Shown here piece by piece: positions 36,768-45,570 of a stretch of 64,000 nt of DNA. The stretch lies in NCBI RefSeq assembly GCF_032191835.1, contig NC_083227.1, forward strand, positions 126,170,001 to 126,234,000. The letters run 5' to 3'. Below the pieces are notes generated by a model. It made no database searches and was not told the origin of the DNA. It saw nothing but the letters and a program-made list of their open reading frames with translations. The stretch's first letter is position 1; each line of letters opens with the position of its first letter. This stretch comes from Heteronotia binoei. Taxonomy: Eukaryota. Made by a program: the position numbers and the translations under genes.

Positions 36768-38470
36768 TGCACCTCAAAAAGGATATTATAGCACTGGAAA
36801 AAGTGCAGAAAAGGGCAACTAGAATGATTAAAGGTTTGGAACACTTTCCCTATGAAGAAAGGTTAAAACGCTTGGGGCTCTTTAGCTTGGAGAAACATCG
36901 ACTGCAAGGTGACATGATAGAGATTTACAAGATTATGCATGGGATGGAGAAAGTAGAGAAAGAAGTACTTTTTTCCCTTTCTCACAATACAAGAACTCGT
37001 GGGCATTCAATGAAATTGATGAGCAGTCAGGTTAAAATGGACAAAAGGAAGTACTTCTTCACCCAAAGGGCGATTAACATGTGGCATTCACTGCCACAGG
37101 AGGTGGTGACGGCTACAAGCATAGCCAGCTTCAAGAGGGGACTGGATAAAAATATGGAGCAGAGGTCCATCAGTGGCTATTAGCCACAGTGTATGTGTAT
37201 GTGTGTGTGTGTGTGTATGTATGTATATATGTTTGTGTGTGTGTATAAACACACACACATATTGGCCACTGTGTGACAGAGTGTTGGACTGGATGGGCCA
37301 TTGGCCTGATCCAACATGGCTTCTCTTATGTTCTTATGTTCACTGTAACATGACAGTCAGCACTTCAGAGCACTGTCTGTCAGACCCAGACTCCTACTGT
37401 GGAAGCTGACTGGGTGATTTTCAGCCTAATCAACCTCACAGGGTTGTTATGTCGATCAAAAGGGGGAAAGGAAAATTATGTAAGCGGCTTTGGTCCCCAC
37501 TGTGGTCCCCAGGTGGAGGCTGCAGGGAGTGGGGGAGGAGATGAAAAGCTAAAGTCAGAGGGGCAGATAAAGGTAGGTTGACATACGTTGCCTCCCTCTA
37601 TCTTTCCCTTCCCAGCCCCTTCAAGGCCATGACACTCACCCACAGCAAATTTCTAACACCCGTTGTATTTCTCCCCACAACGGTTATTATTACTAGTGTA
37701 TTCATATTTTAACAACTTATTTATTCAAATTTATTTTAAGGAGGCTTGAAGGTGAAAACGGCAGAAAGCTGGGCATAATTCTTAGAAACCAATAAATGAA
37801 ACTTTCTGCAGATTTCCCAACTCCATGCCTTCAGAAGAGTGCGCACAGAAGGTAGTTCCCAGAGCTAACAAGGACAGCACAACAGTGTGAACTGTGCCAT
37901 AGGCTTACCACAAAATTTCAGTGGTTCCCCAAAGGTGGTACTTTTGCCTTTTCCATGACACTCCCAACTGTGGGACATAAGGAGTCATGCAACTAAAACA
38001 AAGAATATTTAAAGCATTCTAGTCATTGTGGTTTGGAAGCCACGACTGAGCCTAAGGCTTGTTAGTACAAATCCTCTAATTTTGGAGCCTGGACCTTAAA
38101 ATAGTAGAAGGAAAAGGAGTTATTGAACCTGTGAAAGCAACTTTATACTCTGTCAGCAAATAATCCAATGACAGATCACCTTAGAGAACTCTGTGGAGCC
38201 TTATCTGCTCTGTACCTTGGGGCACTTCTAGTCACACTTGCCTGATATTGCAGCCTACAGCACTGCATGCAGCAGATATTCAGCCCTGATCTTTCAGCTG
38301 TCTCTACAGCATATCAACAGCCCCCCTTGCTAGGGTGGCCAGACCGTCCCGGTCTCCCGGGACTTTCCCGGTTCTGGCCACCAATTCCCGGCTCCCAGGC
38401 TGCCTATACCGGGACCATTACAAAGTCCCGGTATAGCCGGCGGGGAGCCGGCGCGCCACGCGTGCGGGCC

Positions 38471-38566
38471 GGGAAGGCGGGGAGTGAGGCAGCCAGCGTC
38501 CCTGCGCGTGCGCACAGCGGTGTGCGCACGCGCAGGGACGCTGGCTGCCTCACTCCCCGCCTTCCC
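38471..38566. repeat. Perfect 46-bp GC-rich hairpin with 4-nt loop
   Basis: 38471-38516 is the exact reverse complement of 38521-38566. Confidence 0.97.
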
Positions 38567-38584
38567 CGCCCGCGCGCGGGGTCC

Positions 38585-38850
38585 GGAGAGGCCGGCGCTG
38601 GTCCCTGGAGGCCTCCAGAGGCCAGCGCCGGCAGCGTGGAAAGGCCTCCGCTGGTCCCTGGAGGCCTCCAGAGGCCAGCGGAGGCTTCGTGGAGAGGCCT
38701 GCGCTGGTCCCTGGAGGCCTCCAGAGGCCAGCGGAGGCTTCGTGGAGAGGCCTGCGCTGGTCCCTGGAGGCCTCCAGAGGCCAGCGGAGGCATCGTGGAG
38801 AGGCCTGCGCTGGTCCCTGGAGGCCTCCAGAGACCAGCGCCGGCCTCTCC
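38585..38850. repeat. 53-bp GC-rich minisatellite, 5 units, each containing the palindrome CTGGAGGCCTCCAG
   Basis: Units start at 38585, 38638, 38691, 38744, 38797. Confidence 0.95.
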
Positions 38851-38943
38851 GGCCTCCGCAGCTGCCGCCAGCCCCGCCAGCAGCCCGGAGGAGAGGCCGC
38901 CACCGCCCTGGATCCAGGTAAGCCAAAAGCGGGGGGGGGGCGG

Positions 38944-39260
38944 NNNNNNNNNNNNNNNNNNNNNNNNNNNNNNNNNNNNNNNNNNNNNNNNNNNNNNNNN
39001 NNNNNNNNNNNNNNNNNNNNNNNNNNNNNNNNNNNNNNNNNNNNNNNNNNNNNNNNNNNNNNNNNNNNNNNNNNNNNNNNNNNNNNNNNNNNNNNNNNNN
39101 NNNNNNNNNNNNNNNNNNNNNNNNNNNNNNNNNNNNNNNNNNNNNNNNNNNNNNNNNNNNNNNNNNNNNNNNNNNNNNNNNNNNNNNNNNNNNNNNNNNN
39201 NNNNNNNNNNNNNNNNNNNNNNNNNNNNNNNNNNNNNNNNNNNNNNNNNNNNNNNNNNNN
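38944..39260. other. Assembly gap (317 N)
   Basis: Run of n preceded by a G-run. Confidence 1.
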
Positions 39261-39502
39261 TGGCCTGATCCAACAGGGCTTCTCTTATGTTCTTATGTGA
39301 CACAGTGTGTTGGACTGGATGGGCCACTGGCCTGATCCAACAGGGCTTCTCTTATGTTCTTATGTGACACAGTGTGTTGGACTGGATGGGCCACTGGCCT
39401 GATCCAACAGGGCTTCTCTTATGTTCTTATGTGACGCAGAGTGTTGGACTGGATGGGCCACTGGCCTGATCCAACAGGGCTTCTCTTATGTTCTTATGTG
39501 AC
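39261..39502 (+). repeat. Tandem array of 67-bp CR1 3'-terminal units (at least 3.6 copies)
   Basis: Unit tggcctgatccaacagggcttctcttatgttcttatgtgacacagtgtgttggactggatgggccac matches the last about 65 nt of the CR1 at 37.27-37.34 kb. Confidence 0.95.
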
Positions 39503-39570
39503 AATACTGACTTTGGTGGACCCAAGCACTGATTCAGTGTAAGGGAGCTTTGTGTTTGTGTCTTCTGGTG

Positions 39571-40469
39571 CAATTTTGTTCTCAGATCCTGTATTTACTT
39601 CATCAGTATATGGGATAAGGCACTTTCTCAACTGTGCTGCATAATGCAGCCTATTTATTTTGTCCTGTTTGCTCTGTTGGCTCTATCTGCGCCACCTTCA
39701 TCACTTTCGGGGTGTGGATCCCCCAGTGGGGTGGTCTCGCGACTCCCTCCGCCGGCTGTTTCTGATAGCCCTGCGCCCCCTCTTTCATTTGATATGTGTC
39801 CCGTGCGGATGCCACCCTCCTGCCGGGAGATGCCGCAAAATGAGCCCCCTTGAGGCTTATGGCGGCAGGGCTCGGGGGAAGCGAGCTAGACTGCTGTTCT
39901 TTTGAGGGGTCATAGAGTGTTTCGAGCCCGTCCCTGTGGCATCGGTCCCATCGTTGTGGGGCCCAGGGGGCCGGCGCAGCGGCACGCTGAAGCAGCCTGT
40001 CGGTCACTTCCGGGTTCCTGTCCTGCATCTCGACCTGTGACAGGCTGCTTCGGCGTGCTGCTGCGCCGGCCCCCTGGGTCCCACAACGATGGGACCGATG
40101 CCACAGGGACGGGCTCGAAACACTCTATAACCCCTCAAAAGAACAGCAGTCTAGCTCACTTCCCCCGAGCCCTGCCGCCATAAGCCTCAAGGGGGCTCAT
40201 TTTGCGGCATCTCCTGGCGGGAGGGTGGCACCCGCACGGGACACATATCAAATGAAAGAGGGGGCGCAGGGCTATCAGAAACAGCCGGCAGAGGGAGTCG
40301 CGAGACCACCCCACTGGGGGATCCACACACTGAAAGTGATGAAGGTGGCGCAGATAGAGCCAACAGAGCAAACAGGACAAAATAAATAGGCTGCATTATG
40401 CAGCACAGTTGAGAAAGTGCCTTATCCCATATACTGATGAAGTATATACAGGATTTGAGAACAAAATTG
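39571..40469. repeat. Long inverted repeat: 431-bp arms (39571-40001, 40039-40469), 37-bp spacer
   Basis: Manual alignment: 13 mismatches, no indels (about 97%). Confidence 0.97.
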
Positions 40470-40499
40470 TTTCCGGCGGTGATATTTGGGGGATTTTTG

Positions 40500-40730
40500 G
40501 GGACGTCACAGGAAGTGCTGTGAAGTCACTTCCTGTTTCCGGCAGTGGCATTTGGGGGAAATGATGTCATTTGGGGGAAGTGATGTCACAGGAAGTGATG
40601 TCACTTCCCGTTTCCGGCAGGTGACGCGGGAAAATGATGTCACAGGAAGTGGTGTCACTTCCTGTTTCCGGCGGTGGCATGACGTCACCGGAAGTGATGT
40701 CACCGGAAGTGACGTCACTTCCTGTTTCCG
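40500..40730. promoter_or_regulatory. Subterminal array of ETS (GGAAGT) and CRE (TGACGTCA) motifs
   Basis: 10 GGAAGT/ACTTCC cores, 2 full TGACGTCA, and CCGGAAGTGACGTCA at 40703-40717. Regulatory function is inferred only. Confidence 0.45.
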
Positions 40731-41186
40731 GCTTCGCACGCGCGCACCCCTACCTTCCACCACCACCCCCCAAGGTGTCCCTGGCTGGCCTTCAGACATT
40801 ATGGTCACCCTACCCCTTGCCCGCTGCCTTTCTCACCAGGCTAAACAAAAAAAAAAATCAGCCTTTTTGGAGGTCTTTTCCCTCAGCAGATTCAGCCAAG
40901 AATATTGTGAAACAGCCACAGTTTTTTAGACAAAATGTGAAGTGGAAGCTAGGGACATTTTTGATACAACATACAGTCAAAATTGCTGGGTGGGTATCTA
41001 AAAGAGGTGGAAACCCCATCGAACAGGAACATCATATTGCTCACTGTAACCGCAAGCCCAAGTTATTCGTTTTTTGAAAAAAACATAACCACCCTGCCCA
41101 CCCCATCCATAACTCTAAACACTGTTCTGATTTTAGCGGACTGATGGAAACTGATTCAAAGACAGAAGGAAGGGGAATATCAGTAC

Positions 41187-41318
41187 CAGTCTGCTCCTGC
41201 ACAGATTCCAAGATACTGCTGACAGCCACCTTAGGATCCTCGCCGAGTTTAATATGATTTCTTATGGCGAACAGAAGGTCCAGGCTCACCAAAAGTTTGT
41301 TACCTACATTAAACAAGC
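41187..41318 (-). CDS. HMGXB3: HMGXB3 exon 14
   Basis: cttcag|(G)LFNVGNKLLVSLDLLFAIRNHIKLGEDPKVAVSSILESVQEQT|gtactg, 132 nt. Confidence 0.95.
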
Positions 41319-41439
41319 CTGAAGTTGGGAAACAAAACAGCTATTAATATAAACGAAGAAATACGGATCATAAGGTAGTGAGAAACTGTCCCAAGTTCAG
41401 CCTTTGCTACTACATGCAATACACATTCATGAAACATAT

Positions 41440-42878
41440 AAATTTAAAATGTCAAACAGGGTTGCATTTTGGCTCCCTTTTTATTCAATCTCTTCCTTAA
41501 TGACCTGGCTATTCAGTTGTCTGGTCCTGACTGCCATAGTCCAAAACTCGGTGCATTACATGTACCCTTGTTATTTTATGCTGACAATACGATGATGCTG
41601 TTGTCCTGCTCTAGAGTGGGCTTAAGACGTCTGTTGTCCCGTTGTGTTCTGTATTTTACTAGTAATAAGCTCCAGCTCAATTATGAGAAGTCCAAAATCT
41701 TAGTTTTCTCAGAAAAGTGGAGACTTTACAAATGGGTTATTGATGGTAAAAAGATAGAGCAAGTCAAGTATTTTAAATATTTAGGTGTTTATTTTCAATA
41801 TAATGTGACTTGGTCTACCCATCGCAAGTATGCAGTGAAGATAGCTAACATCAGTGCATCTGCCATAGCTCGCTTTTTTATGAAAGAGGTAACCAATTTG
41901 TGCCAGCTGCCATAAAAATATTCAAAGCCAAAGTGATTTCACAACTTCTGTATGGCATCCCAATCTGGATTGGATCTTATGAAGGTGCTATCGAACGTGT
42001 CCAATCCAAATTCTTGTGTAAAATTCTGGGCATGCCAAAATGTGTCCCATATGCAGTTATCTGCTTAGAAACTGGCATGTCTTTAATGGTTACTAGTGCA
42101 TGGCTCATGACCTTCAAACTCTGGCTATGCTTGCACTACAACTCTGAACCAGGGAGCTATATCTCTCAAATGCTCTCTGAATTTAATTTGTCAAATTGGT
42201 CAGCACAAATTGAGAGAAAAATAAAAGCAATGGGTTTATCCCTAGAACTATTGTCCATGCTGTCCTTCACCACCACAGTCCAACAAATTAAAAACAGGTT
42301 GCTAGATATTGAGCGCCAAGATCTATACAGTCTGGCTAAGAAAACTTATTCCCCACTGAGTTTTGAGATCTCTCTTAGTACTGGGAAAATGGCCTCATAT
42401 CTATCCGTCTTGCAGGTGCCACAGCAGTGTAGAGCTTTTTCCCTTGCCAGATACAACGCCATGCCCTCTGCCATTCTTTCTGGCAGATTTAACAAGACAG
42501 CCTACTCAGTCAGATACTGTCTCTGTAAGCAAAAAGGTGTGGAGTCAGTTACTCATATTCTTCTTTATTGTAATTTGTATACAGATCTTTGTCACAAGTA
42601 TTTACATCCTCTTTTAGTTAGCATGGTTGATTGTTCTGATGCACTTAAGGTCTATAATCTTTTGAACGATACTTCATCTAGTGTCACTGAGAAAGTGGCT
42701 AAGTTTCTTTATTCTGTTTTAAAGGCACACCAGAGGATCTCATAGAAATAGTTTGTTTATGCTTTTCCTGATGTATATGTATGCAATCGTTCCATTTTAT
42801 CTTTTTTTTTAAAACCAATTTGCTCTGATATATACACCTATATATTTTATGCCAATAAAGGCTAACTTGACTTGACTT
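41440..42878 (+). mobile_element. 5'-truncated non-LTR retrotransposon (RT + C-terminal CCHC knuckle; RTE-X-like, clade tentative)
   Basis: VKQGCILAPFLFNLFLND, LLFYADN, ...RYCLCKQKGVESVTHILLYC; 3' AATAAA then (ACTTG)n tail. Confidence 0.85.
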
Positions 42879-42961
42879 GAAAATGCATCTATCCCAATTT
42901 TGCATTCCTCCCTTTAAAGCCCAGGGCTTCTAAAAACTGATTTATTAATGCACTCACTTAC

Positions 42962-43089
42962 CTGTGTATATATCATTGAAACTATGGAGGGCCAAGCACT
43001 GCACATTCACACACACCTTGAGCTGAGCAGTGACCACTTGCAGTCGGTTAGCTGTCAGCAACCAGCACTCCTGAGGGCCTGCAAGGGAA
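42962..43089 (-). CDS. HMGXB3: HMGXB3 exon 13
   Basis: ttacag|SLAGPQECWLLTANRLQVVTAQLKVCVNVQCLALHSFNDIYT|gtaagt, 128 nt. Confidence 0.95.
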
Positions 43090-43104
43090 CTGTAACAATG
43101 GAGA

Positions 43105-43388
43105 GATGACGAAGAAGATGATATTGGATTTATATCCCGCCCTCCACTCTGAAGAGTTTCAGAGTGGCTCACAATCTCCTTTACCTTCCTCCCCAACAAC
43201 AGACACCCTGTGAGGTGGGTGGGGCTGAGAGGGCTCTCACAGCAGCTGCCCTTTCAAGGACAACCTTTGCCAGAGCTATGGCTGACCCAAGGCCATTCCA
43301 GCAGGTGCAAGTGGAGGAGCGGGGAATCAAACCCGGTTCTCCCAGATAAGAGTCCGCACACTTAACCATTACATCAAACTGGCTCTCC
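43105..43388 (-). mobile_element. Squam3-type SINE abutting the HMGXB3 exon 13 acceptor
   Basis: Homologous to other copies; tail ends about 15 nt from the AG at 43090-43091. Confidence 0.9.
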
Positions 43389-43619
43389 AGAGAGGAGATT
43401 AAATTAACCATGTACGATAAACTGGTCTCCATCTTTAAGTATAAAAACCGCAACACACAGTCTGATGCTGTTCGCATTATTCATATATGTGTTTGTGTGT
43501 TGTAAAAACAAATGAATGGAAACTACAGACATAGTGCCTATTCAAACCACACTAGAAATGTGAGGGCTTAAGACACACATGAAACATGGAATCTTTCTTT
43601 CTTATGTGTGCATGTGTAT

Positions 43620-43835
43620 GAGTTCATGTGCACCCGGAAGTCATGGTAACCTCTCGTGACTGACCCCTACTGGGACCTGGAGGATATTCAGGGAGGTGGC
43701 TGAATAAAGCCTGCCCCCACCTCCTGCCTCTGGTATTCCAAGGAGGTCTCCCATCCAAGTACTTGTCAGAGTCAACCCTGCTTAGCTTTCAAGATCTGAC
43801 AAGACTGGGCTTGCCTGGGCTATCCAGGTCATGGC
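43620..43835 (-). mobile_element. 5S rRNA-derived SINE (5S-Sauria type)
   Basis: ggtctcccatccaagtact...ccctgcttagct...agatc is a diverged reverse complement of the 5S rRNA 5' portion, joined to a non-5S body. Confidence 0.75.
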
Positions 43836-44136
43836 AAACATGGAATTTTTCTGAACTGCCATCCATAAAGAGATCAGAATACACAAATTGCAAGCTGTCT
43901 TCAAAATTCTCAAGAGAACAGAGGTGGAATCCTAATTTCAGCACACAGAAGGTATACAGAGAACAAAGATGCAAGTTAAAACACAAATACAACTTCCTAA
44001 GATTCTAAAAACACAGACTAGTATTGAAATAAAGAGAATTTACAATTAGTGAGATTTCAATCCAAACATTAAACCAAAGGCAATCTTGTACACAAGGTCC
44101 CTAAAATAAATTCCATTTTCAAAGTTGAAAACTTAC

Positions 44137-44438
44137 TTCAAGTCCCCTTTGAATAAGGGGCTGCTACAGAGAAGACACTGAGAGGATGGAAACTCATAGT
44201 AATTTGACCAAGACGTTTGCTCAATGGTGACTGTCTCCTCATTCATGTTGGAAAGGATGAGCCGAGAGCTGTTGAGTTCATGAATCAGTGCAAACACATC
44301 AGCCAGCTCAGATTCGTTCTCTGGGATCTGTATCACTTTGCGTAGAAGCTGGAGAGTAGATTGGCGCTGGATTTCTTTTTGGGACTGCATTAAAGGCTCA
44401 CTGGTGTTCAAGACATCTCTGGGGCCAGTGGTGACCTC
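44137..44438 (-). CDS. HMGXB3: HMGXB3 exon 12
   Basis: ttctag|EVTTGPRDVLNTSEP...EIQRQSTLQLLRKVIQIPENESELADVFALIHELNSSRLIL...CLLCSSPLFKGDL|gtaagt, 302 nt. Confidence 0.96.
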
Positions 44439-44879
44439 CTAGAAATAAAGGGAAAATTTCACGTTGATTCTCTGCCAAGACATGTGAGAAATCTGAAGCA
44501 TCACAATAATGGGATTCATCCTACTCATCTTATGCCACTCCGCTGAGGAATTCCATTATTACAGTATTTAACCTACAGCCCACCTTTCCTTTTGGCTCAA
44601 CTTTGAAGTGTTCCTCCAATCCAAGCAGCTCTTCCATTGGAGGATAAGCCACTTAAGTTGGAACTCCTTAGAGATGGCTAGATCCACCTCACTCTCTCTG
44701 TTTGAAAGCAAATGTACTGTTACTGCTATTTATAGATGCTGTTAGAATAAATTTATCAAATCATGTTAAAAGTTTAAGAGTTTTCTGACCACTCAGCCCT
44801 GCTCTTGAAAGAGCAGTTTGGAGTGGCAGCCAAGAGTGCCTTTTATTACCTGCTCCTGCACTCAGCTGCTAAATAAGCA

Positions 44880-45260
44880 GGTTGGTGCTGCCTCATTCAG
44901 TTACAGCCAGCTGCCCCCTTATCAAGATTCTGCTCACCCAGCTATGCTGATCTATGCTACTGTAATCGCCATTTTGGATGAGTGTAATGTGCTCTACACA
45001 AGGCTCCTCTGTGGAGTCAACCACTCAGAACAGAAAACTCCAGTGCTGGGTCAACTACACTGGCTACTTACTTGTTTCCAGGCACAAATCAAAGTGCTGG
45101 TTATTACCATTAAAGCCTTTGGCAGCCAAGAGCCCTCAGAGTCACCAAACCATATTTCCCAGCAAACTCCTCTGTGCCAGTTACATTCTGCAGACAGCCT
45201 CCTCCTTAAGGTGCTCTCCCTTAAGATGGCAGCTGTAACAACATCATGGGCATAGTGGGC
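44880..45260 (+). mobile_element. Decayed L2 ORF2 C-terminal fragment
   Basis: LIYATVIAILDECNVLY...TPVLGQLHWL...QIKVLVITIKA resembles L2 LIHA...LDYCN...LHWLP...FKVL. Confidence 0.7.
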
Positions 45261-45287
45261 AAGGTACCTTCCACCGTTACACTTAGA

Positions 45288-45570
45288 AAGAAGAAGAGAA
45301 GAGATTGGATTTATACCCCACCCTTCACTACCCAAAGGAGTCTCAGAGCAACTTACAATCTCTTTTCTTTTCCCCTCTCTGCAATAGACACCTTGTGAAG
45401 TGAGGAGGGTGAGAGAGCTCTCCCAGAAACTGCTCTTTGAACAGAACAGAACTGAGAGAGTTGTAACTGACCCAAGCTCACTCCAGCAGGTACATGTGGA
45501 GGAGTGGGGAATCAAACCCAGTTCTCCCAGATAAGAGTCCCTGCACTTAACCACTACACCAAACTGGCTC
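45288..45570 (-). mobile_element. Squam3-type SINE
   Basis: Homologous to other copies. Confidence 0.88.

Larger units (their letters stand above)
32531..37340 (+). mobile_element. Near full-length CR1 LINE (5'UTR, ORF1 zinc finger + SGNH esterase, ORF2 endonuclease + RT, 3'UTR), disabled
   Basis: ORF1 remnants FPVFCTECHMYDY and GDS...GTND...DSLH; ORF2 CLYTNARS, YFDFQKAFDKVPH, GVPQGSVL, FADD; 3' tail ttcttatgttcttatgtt; multiple stops and frameshifts; possible TSD ATGACAGTCA (32521-32530, 37350-37359). Confidence 0.95.
38331..40812. mobile_element. Composite non-autonomous hAT-type element (at least 2482 bp including gap)
   Basis: TIR TAGGGTGGCCA / TGGTCACCCTA (10 of 11) and perfect 8-bp TSD CCCCTTGC (38323-38330, 40813-40820). 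Confidence 0.85.

Noticed and set aside
38267-39327. Long GC-rich ORFs on both strands
   Set aside because: Produced by the stop-poor 53-bp minisatellite and read-through of the N gap.
39261-39502. CRISPR-like array
   Set aside because: Contiguous near-identical units with no unique spacers, vertebrate context, and sequence matches the CR1 3' end.
39644-40396. Mirror-image ORF pairs (MQPIYFV..., MSCLLCW...)
   Set aside because: Consequence of the 431-bp inverted repeat; no protein similarity recognised.
40100-40445. Hammerhead assembled from CGAAAC (about 40116) and CTGATGA (about 40434) in the inverted-repeat arm
   Set aside because: No stem II complementarity between the flanks, so the topology cannot form.
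43745-43835. 5S rRNA gene
   Set aside because: Partial, heavily diverged and fused to unrelated sequence.
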